A stretch of DNA of 64,000 bases from the human T2T-CHM13v2.0 reference genome, Homo sapiens, in assembly GCF_009914755.1 (NCBI RefSeq), contig NC_060939.1; one strand, 5' to 3'. The notes under the pieces are model-generated. The model did no database searches. It worked only from the letters and a program-made list of their open reading frames with translations, and was not told the DNA's origin. How positions within the stretch are numbered: position 1 is the stretch's first letter; every line of letters starts with the position of its first letter. Shown here in pieces: positions 1 to 13,500 of this stretch. The position numbers and the translations under genes are program-made.

Positions 1-1900
1 ATCCATTCGATTCCATTCCATTCGAGCACATTCTATTCGAGTCCATTCCATTCGATGCCATTCCATTTGATTCTATTCCATTAGTCTCCATTCAATTCCA
101 TTAATCTCCATTCCATTCCATTCTACTCCAACTGATTCCATTCCATTCTATTCCTTTCCATTCCATTTCATTCCATTTCATTCCATTTCATTCCATTCCA
201 TTCCATTCGTGTCCATTCCACTCCAGTCCATTCCATTCGTGTCCATTCCATTCCAGTCCATTCCATTTGTGTCCACTGCATTCCATTCCACTCCATTCCA
301 TATTATTCCATTACACTCCATTCCATTCTATTACTTTCATTTCCATTCAATTCCATTCCATTTGATTCCATTCCACTCGGTTTCATTCCATTTGAGTCCA
401 CTCCATTCCATTCCATTCCATTCAGTTCCATTACATTCCATTCCATTCGGTACCATTCCATATTGTTCCATTCGATTCCATTCGAATCCATTCCATTCCA
501 GTCCATTCCATTCGATTCCATTCCATTCATTTCAATTCCATTCCATTCCATTCCATTACATTCCACTTGATTCCTCTCCATTCCCTTCCACTGCATTCCG
601 TTCGATTCCATTCCATTGCATTGCATTCCATTCCATTGGATTGCATTCCATTAGATTCCATTCCATTCGAATCAATTACATAGCAATCCATTACATTCGA
701 GTCTATTCTATTCCGTTCCATTCGATTTTGTTCCAATCCATTCGATTCCATTCCATTCGATTCCATTCCATACTATTGCATTCCATTCGAATACATTATA
801 TTCGAATAAGTTCCATTCAAGACCATTTCTTTTGAGTCCATTCTATTTGAGTCCATTCCCTTTGATTCCATAACATTTGAGTCCATTCAATTCCATTCCT
901 TTCGTTTCCATTCCATTTGATGCCATTCCATTCAATTCTGTTCTACTCGACTCCAATACATTCAATTCCATTCCATCCGATTCCATTACATTCTTTTCAT
1001 TTCTTATCCATTTCAAGCCATTCCACTCCATTCCATTCCACTCGTTTCCTTTCCATTCGAGTCCATTCCTCTCCAGTCCATTCCGTTCAATCCATTCCAT
1101 TCCAGTCCATTCCATTCGAGTCCGTTCCATTCCAGTCCATTCCATTCGAGTCAATTCCATTCCATTCGATGTCTTTCCATAACGATCCATTCCATTCTAT
1201 TCCTTTCGATTCCATTCCATTCTATTTCATTCCATTCGATTCCCTTCCATTGGACTCCTTTCCATTCGAGTGCATTCCATTCCGTTCCATTTCTTTCCGT
1301 TCTGTACGATTCCTACCGTTCGATTTCATTTTGTTCCAGTCCATTCCTTTCGCGTCCATTCCATTCCATTTCACTCCATTCGATTCCATTCCACTCGATT
1401 CCACTTTGTTCCATTTCATTGCATTCCATTCTATTCAACTCTATTGCCTTCCTTTCCATTCCATTCGATTACATTCCATGCGATTCCATTCGAAATCGAA
1501 TCAATTACATTGCAATCCATTACTATTGAGTCCGTTTTATTCCAGTCCACTGCATTCTGGTCCATTCCATTTGATTCCATTCCATTCTATTCCATTCCAT
1601 ACAGTTGCATTCCATTGGATTCCATTCTATATCTATAAATTCAATTCGAGACCATTGCTTTTGAGTCCATTCTATATGTTTCCATTCCATTCAAGTCCAT
1701 TACATTTGGTTCAATTCCATTCCATTCCATTCCCTTCCATTCCATTCCAGTTGATATCAATCCATTCGATTCCATTCCATTCGAGCACATTCCATTCGAG
1801 TCCATTCCATTCGATGCCATTCCATTTGATTCTATTCCATTAGTCTCCATTCAATTCCGTTAATCTCCATTCCATTCCATTCTACTCCAACTGATTCCAT

Positions 1901-2020
1901 TCCATTCTATTCCTTTCCATTCCATTTCATTCCATTCCATTCCATTTCATTCCATTCCATTCCATTCTATTCCTTTCCATTCCATTTCATTCCATTCCAT
2001 TCCATTTCATTCCATTCCAT
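1901..2020 (+). repeat. Exact 60-bp tandem duplication inside one unit
   Basis: 1901-1960 is identical to 1961-2020 (TCCATTCTATTCCTTTCCATTCCATTTCAT...). This accounts for the longest unit (1859 bp). Confidence 0.92.
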
Positions 2021-4535
2021 TCCATTCGTGTCCATTCCACTCCAGTCCATTCCATTCGTGTCCATTCCATTCCAGTCCATTCCATTTGTGTCCGCTGCAT
2101 TCCATTCCACTCCATTCCATATTATTCCATTACACTCCATTCCATTCTATTACTTTCATTTCCATTCAATTCCATTCCATTTCATTCCATTCCACTCGGT
2201 TTCATTCCATTTGAGTCCACTCCATTCCATTCCATTCCATTCCATTCAGTTCCATTCCATTCTGTTCCATTCCGTTCCGTTCCATTACATTCCATTCCAT
2301 TCGGTACCATTCCATATTGTTCCATTCGATTCCATTCGAATCCATTCCATTCCAGTCCATTCCATTCGATTCCATTCCATTCATTTCAATTCCATTCCAT
2401 TCCATTCCATTCCATTCCATTCCACTTGATTCCTCTCCATTCCCTTCCACTGCATTCCGTTCGATTCCATTCCATTGCATTGCATTCCATTCCATTGGAT
2501 TGCATTCCATTCGATTCCATTCCATTCGAATCAATTACATAGCAATCCATTACATTCGAGTCTATTCTATTCCGTTCCATTCGATTTCGTTCCAATCCAT
2601 TCGATTCCATTCCATTCGATTCCATTCCATACTATTGCATTCCATTCGATTACATTATATTCGAATAAGTTCCATTCAAGACCATTTCTTTTGAGTCCAT
2701 TCTATTTGAGTCCATTCCCTTTGATTCCATAACATTTGAGTCCATTCAATTGCATTCCTTTCGTTTCCATTCCATTTGATGCCATTCCATTCAATTCTGT
2801 TCTACTCGACTCCAATACATTCAATTCCATTCCATCCGATTCCATTACATTCTTTTCATTTCTTATCCATTTCAAGCCATTCCACTCCATTCCATTCCAC
2901 TCGTTTCCTTTCCAGTCGAGTCCATTCCTCTCCAGTCCATTCCGTTCAATCCATTCCATTCCAGTCCATTCCATTCGAGTCCATTCCATTCCAGTCCATT
3001 CCAATCGAGTCAATTCCATCCCATTCGATGTCTTCCCATAACGATCCATTCCATTCTATTCCTTTCGATTCCATTCCATTCTATTTCATTCCATTCGATT
3101 CCCTTCCATTGGACTCCTTTCCATTCGAATGCATTCCATTCCGTTCCATTTCTTTCCTTTCTGTACGATTCCTACCGTTCGATTTCATTTTGTTCCAGTC
3201 CATTCCTTTCGCGTCCATTCCATTCCATTTCACTCCATTCCATTCCATTCCACTCGATTCCACTTCGTTCCATTTCATTGCATTCCATTCTATTCAACTC
3301 TATTGCCTTCCATTCCATTCCATTCGATTACATTCCATGCGATTCCATTCGAAATCGAATCAATTACATTGCAATCCATTACTATTGAGTCCATTTTATT
3401 CCAGTCCACTGCATTCTGGTCCATTCCATTTGATTCCATTCCATTCTATTCCATTCCATACAGTTGCATTCCATTGGATTCCATTCTATATAAATTCAAT
3501 TCGAGACCATTGCTTTTGAGTCCATTCTATATGATTCCATTCCATTCAAGTCCATTACATTTGGTTCAATTCCATTCCATTCCATTCCCTTCCATTCCAT
3601 TCCAGTTGATATCAATCCATTCGATTCCATTCCATTCGAGCACATTCCATTCGAGTCCATTCCATTTGATGCCATTCCATTTGATTCTATTCCATTAGTC
3701 TCCATTCAATTCCATTAATCTCCATTCCATTCCATTCTACTCCAACTGATTGCATTCCATTCTATTCCTTTCCATTCCATTTCATTCCATTCCATTCCAT
3801 TTCATTCCATTCCATTCCATTCGCTTCCATTCCATTCGTGTCCATTCCACTCCAGTCCATTCCATTCGTGTCCATTCCATTCCAGTCCATTCCATTTGTG
3901 TCCACTGCATTCCATTCCACTCCATTCCATATTATTCCATTACACTCCATTCCATTCTATTACTTTCATTTCCATTCAATTCCATTCCATTTGATTCCAT
4001 TCCACTCGGTTTCATTCCATTTGAGTGCACTCCATTCCATTCCATTCCATTCCATTCAGTTCCATTCCATTCTGTTCCATTCCATTCCGTTCCATTGCAT
4101 TCCATTCCATTCGGTACCATTCCATATTGTTCCATTCGATTCCATTCGAATCCATTCCATTCCAGTCCATTCCATTCGATTCCATTCCATTCCTTTCAAT
4201 TCCATTCCATTCCATTCCATTCCACTTGATTCCACTCCATTCCCTTCCACTGCATTCCATTCGATTCCATTCCATTGCATTGCATTCCATTCCATTGGAC
4301 TGCATTCCATTTGATTCCATTCCATTCGAATCAATTACATAGCAATCCATTACATTCGAGTCTATTCTATTCCGTTCCATTCGATTTCATTCCAATCCAT
4401 TCGATTCCATTCCATTCGATTCCATTCCATACTATTGCATTTCATTCGATTACATTATATTCGAATAAGTTCCATTCAAGACCATTTCTTTTGAGTCCAT
4501 TCTATTTGAGTCCATTCCCTTTGATTCCATAACAT

Positions 4536-7500
4536 TTGAGTCCATTCAATTCCATTCCTTTCGTTTCCATTCCATTTGATGCCATTCCATTCAATTCTGT
4601 TCTACTCGACTCCAATACATTCAATTCCATTCCATCCGATTCCATTACATTCTTTTCATTTCTTATCCATTTCAAGCCATTCCACTCCATTCCATTCCAC
4701 TCGTTTCCTTTCCATTCGAGTCCATTCCTCTCCAGTCCATTCCGTTCAATCCATTCCATTCCAGTCCATTCCATTCGAGTCCGTTCCATTCCAGTCCATT
4801 CCATTCGAGTCAATTCCATTCCATTCGATGTCTTTCCATAACGATCCATTCCATTCTATTCCTTTCGATTCCATTCCATTCTATTTCATTGCATTCGATT
4901 CCCTTCCATTGGACTCCTTTCCATTCGAGTGCATTCCATTCCGTTCCATTTCTTTCCGTTCTGTACGATTCCTACCGTTCGATTTCATTTTGTTCCAGTC
5001 CATTCCTTTCGCGTCCATTCCATTCCATTTCACTCCATTCGATTCCATTCCACTCGATTCCACTTCGTTCCATTTCATTGCATTCCATTCTATTCAACTC
5101 TATTGCCTTCCATTCCATTCCATTCGATTACATTCCATGCGATTCCATTCGAAATCGAATCAATTACATTGCAATCCATTACTATTGAGTCCGTTTTATT
5201 CCAGTCCACTGCATTCTGGTCCATTCCATTTGATTCCATTCCATTCTATTCCATTCCATACAGTTGCATTCCATTGGATTCCATGCTATATCTATAAATT
5301 CAATTCGAGACCATTGCTTTTGAGTCCATTCTATATGATTCCATTCCATTCAAGTCCATTACATTTGGTTCAATTCCATTCCATTCCATTCCCTTCCATT
5401 CCATTCCAGTTGATATCAATCCTTTCGATTCCATTCCATTCGAGCACATTCCATTCGAGTCCATTCCATTCGATGCCATTCCATTTGATTCTATTCCATT
5501 AGTCTCCATTCAATTCCATTAATCTCCATTCCATTCCATTCTACTCCAACTGATTCCATTCCATTCTATTCCTTTCCATTCCATTTCATTCCATTCCATT
5601 CCATTTCATTCCATTCCATTCCATTCGTGTCCATTCCACTCCAGTCCATTCCATTCGTGTCCATTCCATTCCAGTCCATTCCATTTGTGTGAACTGCATT
5701 CCATTCCACTCCATTCCATATTATTCCATTACACTCCATTCCATTCTATTACTTTCATTTCCATTCAATTCCATTCCATTTGATTCCATTCCACTCGGTT
5801 TCATTCCATTTGACTCCACTCCATTCCATTCCATTCCATTCCATTCAGTTCCATTCCATTCTGTTCCATTCCATTCCGTTCCATTACATTCCATTCCATT
5901 CGATACCATTCCATATTGTTCCTTTCGATTCCATTCGATTCCATTCCATTCATTTCAATTCCATTCCATTCCATTCCATTACATTCCACTTGATTCCTCT
6001 CCATTCCCTTCCACTGCATTCCGTTCGATTCCATTCCATTGCATTGCATTCCATTCCATTGGATTGCATTCTATTCGATTCCATTCCATTCGAATCAATT
6101 ACATAGCAATCCATTACATTCGAGTCTATTCTATTCCGTTCCATTCGATTTCGTTCCAATCCATTCGATTACATTCCATTCGATTCCATTCCATACTATT
6201 GCATTCCATTCGATTACATTATATTCGAATAAGTTCCATTCAAGACCATTTCTTTTGAGTCCATTCTATTTGAGTCCATTCCCTTTGATTCCATAACATT
6301 TGAGTCCATTCAATTCCATTCCTTTCGTTTCCATTCCATTTGATGCCATTCCATTCAATTCTGTTCTACTTGACTCCAATACATTCAATTCCATTCCCTC
6401 CGATTCCATTACATTCTTTTCATTTCTTATCCATTTCAAGCCATTCCACTCCATTCCATTCCACTCGTTTCCTTTCCAGTCGAGTCCATTCCTCTCCAGT
6501 CCATTCCGTTCAATCCATTCCATTCCAGTCCATTCCATTCGAGTCCATTCCATTCCAGTCCATTCCATTCGAGTCAATTCCATCCCATTCGATGTCTTCC
6601 CATAACGATCCATTACATTCTATTCCTTTTGATTCCATTCCATTCTATTTCATTCCATTCGATTCCCTTCCATTGGACTCCTTTCCATTCGAGTGCATTC
6701 CATTCCGTTCCATTACTTTCCGTTCAGTACGATTCCTACCGTTCGATTTCATTTTCTTCCAGTCCATTCCTTTCGCGTCCATTCCATTCCATTTCACTCC
6801 ATTCGATTCCATTCCACTCGATTCCACTTCGTTCCATTTCATTGCATTCCATTCTATTCAACTCTATTGCCTTCCATTCCATTCCATTCGATTACATTCC
6901 ATGCGATTCCATTCGAAATCGAATCAATTACATTGCAATCCATTACTATTGAGTCCATTTTATTCCAGTCCACTGCATTCTGGTCCATTCCATTTGATTC
7001 CATTCCATTCTATTCCATTCCATACAGTTGCATTCCATTGGATTCCATTCTATATCTATAAATTCAATTCGAGACCATTGCTTTTGAGTCCATTCTATAT
7101 GATTCCATTCCATTCAAGTCCATTACATTTGGTTCAATTCCATTCCATTCCATTCCCTTCCATTCCATTCCAGTTGATATCAATCCATTCGATTCCATTC
7201 CATTCGAGCACATTCCATTCCACTCCATTCCATTCGATGCCATTCCATTTGATTCTATTCCATTAGTCTCCATTCAATTCCATTAATCTCCATTCCATTC
7301 CATTCTACTCCAACTGATTCCATTCCATTCTATTCCTTTCCATTCCATTTCATTCCATTCCATTCCATTTCATTCCATTCCATTCCATTCGCTTCCATTC
7401 CATTCGTGTCAATTCCACTCCAGTCCATTCCATTCGTGTCCATTCCATTCCAGTCCATTCCATTTGTGTCCACTGCATTCCATTCCACTCCATTCCATAT

Positions 7501-10500
7501 TATTCCATTACACTCCATTCCATTCTATTACTTTCATTTCCATTCAATTCCATTCCATTTGATTCCATTCCACTCGGTTTCATTCCATTTGAGTCCACTC
7601 CATTCCATTCCATTCCATTCAGTTCCATTCCATTCTGTTCCATTCCATTCCGTTCCATTGCATTCCATTCCATTCGGTACCATTCCATATTGTTCCATTC
7701 GATTCCATTCGAATCCATTCCATTCCAGTCCATTCCATTCGATTCCATTCCATTCCTTTCAATTCCATTCCATTCCATTCCATTCCACTTGATTCCACTC
7801 CATTCCCTTCCACTGCATTCCATTCGATTCCATTCCATTGCATTGCATTCCATTCCATTGGACTGCATTCCATTCGATTCCATTCCATTCGAATCAATTA
7901 CATAGCAATCCATTACATTCGAGTCTATTCTATTCCGTTCCATTCGATTTCGTTCCAATCCATTCGATTCCATTCCATTCGATTCCATTCCATACTATTG
8001 CATTCCATTCTATTACATTATATTCGAATAAGTTCCATTCAAGACCATTTCTTTTGAGTCCATTCTATTTGAGTCCATTCCCTTTGATTCCATAACATTT
8101 GAGTCCATTCAATTCCATTCCTTTCGTTCCCATTCCATTTGATGCCATTCCATTCAATTCTGTTCTACTCGACTCCAATACATTCAATTCCATTCCATCC
8201 GATTCCATTACATTCTTTTCATTTCTTATCCATTTCAAGCCATTCCACTCCATTCCGTTCCACTCGTTTCCTTTCCATTCGAGTCCATTACTCTCCAGTC
8301 CATTCCGTTCAATCCATTCCATTCCAGTCCATTCCATTCGAGTCCGTTCCATTCCAGTCCATTCCATTCGAGCCAATTCCATTCCATTCGATGTCTTTCC
8401 ATAACGATCCATTCCATTCTATTCCTTTCGATTCCATTCCATTCTATTTCATTCCATTCGATTCCCTTCCATTGGACTCCTTTCCATTCGAGTGCATTCC
8501 ATTCCGTTCCATTTCTTTCCGTTCTGTACGATTCCTACCTTTCGATTTCATTTTGTTCCAGTCCATTCCTTTCGCGTCCATTCCATTCCATTTCACTCCA
8601 TTCGATTCCATTCCACTCGATTCCACTTCGTTCCATTTCATTGCATTCCATTCTATTCAACTCTATTGCCTTCCATTCCATTCCATTCGATTACATTCCA
8701 TGCGATTCCATTCGAAATCGAATCAATTACATTGCAATCCATTACTATTGAGTCCATTTTATTCCAGTCCACTGCATTCTGGTCCATTACATTTGATTCC
8801 ATTCCATTCTATTCCATTCCATACAGTTGCATTCCATTGGATTCCATTCTATATCTATAAATTCAATTCGAGACCATTGCTTTTGAATCCATTGTATATG
8901 ATTCCATTCCATTCAAGTCCATTACATTTGGTTCAATTCCATTCCATTCCATTCCATTCCATTCCATTCCAGTTGATATCAATCCATTCGATTCCATTCC
9001 ATTCGAGCACATTCCATTCGAGTCCATTCCATTCGATGCCATTCCATTTGATTCTATTCCACTAGTCTCCATTCAATTCCATTAATCTCCATTCCATTCC
9101 ATTCTACTCCAACTGATACCATTCCATTCTATTCCTTTCCATTCCATTTCATTCCATTCCATTCCATTTCATTCCATTCCATTCCATTCGCTTCCATTAA
9201 ATTCGTGTCCATTCCACTCCAGTCCATTCCATTCGTGTTCATTCCATTCCTGTCCATTCCATTTGTGTCCACTGCATTCCATTCCACTCCATTCCATATT
9301 ATTCCATTACACTCCATTCCATTCTATTACTTTCATTTCCATTCAATTCCATTCCATTTGATTCCATTCCACTCGGTTTCATTCCATTTGAATCCACTCC
9401 ATTCCATTCCATTCCATTCAGTTCCATTCCATTCTGTTCCATTCCATTCCGTTCCATTGCATTCCATTCCATTCGGTACCATTCCATATTGTTCCATTCG
9501 ATTCCATTCGAATCCATTCCATTCCAGTCCATTCCATTCGATTCCATTCCATTCCTTTCAATTGCATTCCATTCCATTCCATTCCACTTGATTCCACTCC
9601 ATTCCCTTCCACTGCATTCCATTCGATTCCATTCCATTGCATTGCATTCCATTCCATTGGACTGCATTCCATTCGATTCCATTCCATTCGAATCAATTAC
9701 ATAGCAATCCATTACATTCGAGTCTATTCTATTCCGTTCCATTCGATTTCGTTCCAATCCATTCGATTCCATTCCATTCGATTCCATTCCATACTATTGC
9801 ATTCCATTCGATTACATTATATTCGAATAAGTTCCATTCAAGACCATTTCTTTTGAGTCCATTCTATTTGAGTCCATTCCCTTTGATTCCATAACATTTG
9901 AGTCCATTCAATTCCATTCCTTTCGTTTCCATTCCATTTGATGCCATTCCATTCAATTCTGTTCTACTCGACTCCAATACATTCAATTCCATTCCATCCG
10001 ATTCCATTACATTCTTTTCATTTCTTATCCATTTCAAGCCATTCCACTCCATTCCATTCCACTCGTTTCCTTTCCATTCGAGTCCATTCCTCTCCAGTCC
10101 ATTCCGTTCAATCCATTCCATTCCAGTCCATTCCATTCGAGTCCGTTCCATTCCAGTCCATTCCATTCGAGTCAATTCCATTCCATTCGATGTCTTTCCA
10201 TAACGATCCATTCCATTCTATTCCTTTCGATTCCATTCCATTCTATTTCATTGCATTCGATTCCCTTCCATTGGACTCCTTTCCATTCGAGTGCATTCCA
10301 TTCCGTTCCATTTCTTTCCGTTCTGTACGATTCCTACCGTTCGATTTCATTTTGTTCCAGTCCATTCCTTTCGCTTCCATTCCATTCCATTTCACTCCAT
10401 TCGATTCCATTCCACTCGATTCCACTTCGTTCCATTTCATTGCATTCCATTCTATTCAACTCTATTGCCTTCCATTCCATTCCATTCGATTACATTCCAT

Positions 10501-13500
10501 GCGATTCCATTCGAAATCGAATCAATTACATTGCAATCCATTACTATTGAGTCCGTTTTATTCCAGTCCACTGCATTCTGGTCCATTCCATTTGATTCCA
10601 TTCCATTCTATTCCATTCCATACAGTTGCATTCCATTGGATTCCATGCTATATCTATAAATTCAATTCGAGACCATTGCTTTTGAGTCCATTCTATATGA
10701 TTCCATTCCATTCAAGTCCATTACATTTGGTTCAATTCCATTCCATTCCATTCCCTTCCATTCCATTCCAGTTGATATCAATCCTTTCGATTCCATTCCA
10801 TTCGAGCACATTCCATTCGAGTCCATTCCATTCGATGCCATTCCATTTGATTCTATTCCATTAGTCTCCATTCAATTCCATTAATCTCCATTCCATTCCA
10901 TTCTACTCCAACTGATTCCATTCAATTCTATTCCTTTCCATTCCATTTCATTCCATTCCATTCCATTTCATTCCATTCCATTTCATTCCATTCCATTCCA
11001 TTTCATTCCATTCCATTCGTGTCCATTCCACTCCAGTCCATTCCATTCGTGTCCATTCCATTCCAGTCCATTCCATTTGTGTGCACTGCATTCCATTCCA
11101 CTCCATTCCATATTATTCCATTACACTCCATTCCATTCTATTACTTTCATTTCCATTCAATTCCATTCCATTTGATTCCATTCCACTCGGTTTCATTCCA
11201 TTTGAGTCCACTCCATTCCATTCCATTCCATTCCATTCAGTTCCATTCCATTCTGTTCCATTCCATTCCGTTCCATTACATTCCATTCCATTCGGTACCA
11301 TTCCATATTGTTCCTTTCGATTCCATTCGATTCCATTCCATTCATTTCAATTCCATTCCATTCCATTCCATTACATTCCACTTGATTCCTCTCCATTCCC
11401 TTCCACTGCATTCCGTTCGATTCCATTCCATTGCATTGCATTCCATTCCATTGGATTGCATTCTATTCGATTCCATTCCATTCGAATCAATTACATAGCA
11501 ATCCATTACATTCGAGTCTATTCTATTCCGTTCCATTCGATTTCGTTCCAATCCATTCGATTCCATTCCATTCGATTCCATTCCATACTATTGCATTCCA
11601 TTCGATTACATTATATTCGAATAAGTTCCATTCAAGACCATTTCTTTTGAGTCCATTCTATTTGAGTCCATTCCCTTTGATTCCATAACATTTGAGTCCA
11701 TTCAATTCCATTCCTTTCGTTTCCATTCCATTTGATGCCATTCCATTCAATTCTGTTCTACTCGACTCCAATACATTCAATTCCATTCCCTCCGATTCCA
11801 TTACATTCTTTTCATTTCTTATCCATTTCAAGCCATTCCACTCCATTCCATTCCACTCGTTTCCTTTCCAGTCGAGTCCATTCCTCTCCAGTCCATTCCG
11901 TTCAATCCATTCCATTCCAGTCCATTCCATTCGAGTCCATTCCATTCCAGTCCATTCCATTCGAGTCAATTCCATCCCATTCGATCTCTTCCCATAACGA
12001 TCCATTACATTCTATTCCTTTCGATTCCATTCCATTCTATTTCATTCCATTCGATTCCCTTCCATTGGACTCCTTTCCATTCGAGTGCATTCCATTCCGT
12101 TCCCTTACTTTCCGTTCAGTACGATTCCTACCGTTCGATTTCATTTTCTTCCAGTCCATTCCTTTCGCGTCCATTCCATTCCATTTCACTCCATTCGATT
12201 CCATTCCACTCGATTCCACTTCGTTCCATTTCATTGCATTCCATTCTATTCAACTCTATTGCCTTCCATTCCATTCCATTCGATTACATTCCATGCGATT
12301 CCATTCGAAATCGAATCAATTACATTGCAATCCATTACTATTGAGTCCATTTTATTCCAGTCCACTGCATTCTGGTCCATTCCATTTGATTCCATTCCAT
12401 TCTATTCCATTCCATACAGTTGCATTCCATTGGATTCCATTCTATATCTATAAATTCAATTCGAGACCATTGCTTTTGAGTCCATTCTATATGATTCCAT
12501 TCCATTCAAGTCCATTACATTTGGTTCAATTCCATTCCATTCCATTCCCTTCCATTCCATTCCAGTTGATATCAATCCATTCGATTCCATTCCATTCGAG
12601 CACATTCCATTCCACTCCATTCCATTCGATGCCATTCCATTTGATTCTATTCCATTAGTCTCCATTCAATTCCATTAATCTCCATTCCATTCCATTCTAC
12701 TCCAACTGATTCCATTCCATTCTATTCCTTTCCATTCCATTTCATTCCATTCCATTCCATTTCATTCCATTCCATTCCATTCGCTTCCATTCCATTCGTG
12801 TCAATTCCACTCCAGTCCATTCCATTCGTGTCCATTCCATTCCAGTCCATTCCATTTGTGTCCACTGCATTCCATTCCACTCCATTCCATATTATTCCAT
12901 TACACTCCATTCCATTCTATTACTTTCATTTCCATTCAATTCCATTCCATTTGATTCCATTCCACTCGGTTTCATTCCATTTGAGTCCACTCCATTCCAT
13001 TCCATTCCATTCCATTCAGTTCCATTCCATTCTGTTCCATTCCATTCCGTTCCATTGCATTCCATTCCATTCGGTACCATTCCATATTGTTCCATTCGAT
13101 TCCATTCGAATCCATTCCATTCCAGTCCATTCCATTCGATTCCATTCCATTCCTTTCAATTCCATTCCATTCCATTCCATTCCACTTGATTCCACTCCAT
13201 TCCCTTCCACTGCATTCCATTCGATTCCATTCCATTGCATTGCATTCCATTCCATTGGACTGCATTCCATTCGATTCCATTCCATTCGAATCAATTACAT
13301 AGCAATCCATTACATTCGAGTCTATTCTATTCCGTTCCATTCGATTTCGTTCCAATCCATTCGATTCCATTCCATTCGATTCCATTCCATACTATTGCAT
13401 TCCATTCTATTACATTATATTCGAATAAGTTCCATTCAAGACCATTTCTTTTGAGTCCATTCTATTTGAGTCCATTCCCTTTGATTCCATAACATTTGAG

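Noticed and set aside
799-808. Palindrome TATTCGAATA as a terminator or cruciform
   Set aside because: It is only 10 bp with no loop or GC stem, and it arises easily from ATTCG followed by AAT.
843-1190. Minus-strand 'MEWNG' ORFs (e.g. the 115-aa MDRYGKTS...)
   Set aside because: These are the translation of (GGAAT)n, which supplies frequent ATGs and few stops. They are classic spurious satellite-derived 'proteins'.
1485-1515. Canonical heat-shock elements or DUX4 sites around TTCGAAATCGAATCAATTA
   Set aside because: The TTC/GAA spacing does not fit nTTCnnGAAn arrays, and TAATTGATTCG does not match the DUX4 consensus TAAYYYAATCA. These are only partial resemblances.
917-1843. Recurrent 308-aa ORF (MMPFHSILF...) and other + strand 'SIPFH' ORFs as a repeated gene
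   Set aside because: (CATTC)n translates to a stop-free SIPFH cycle in every frame. The product is low-complexity with no recognisable domain. It recurs only because the 1.8 kb unit repeats, and some copies are frameshifted or truncated.
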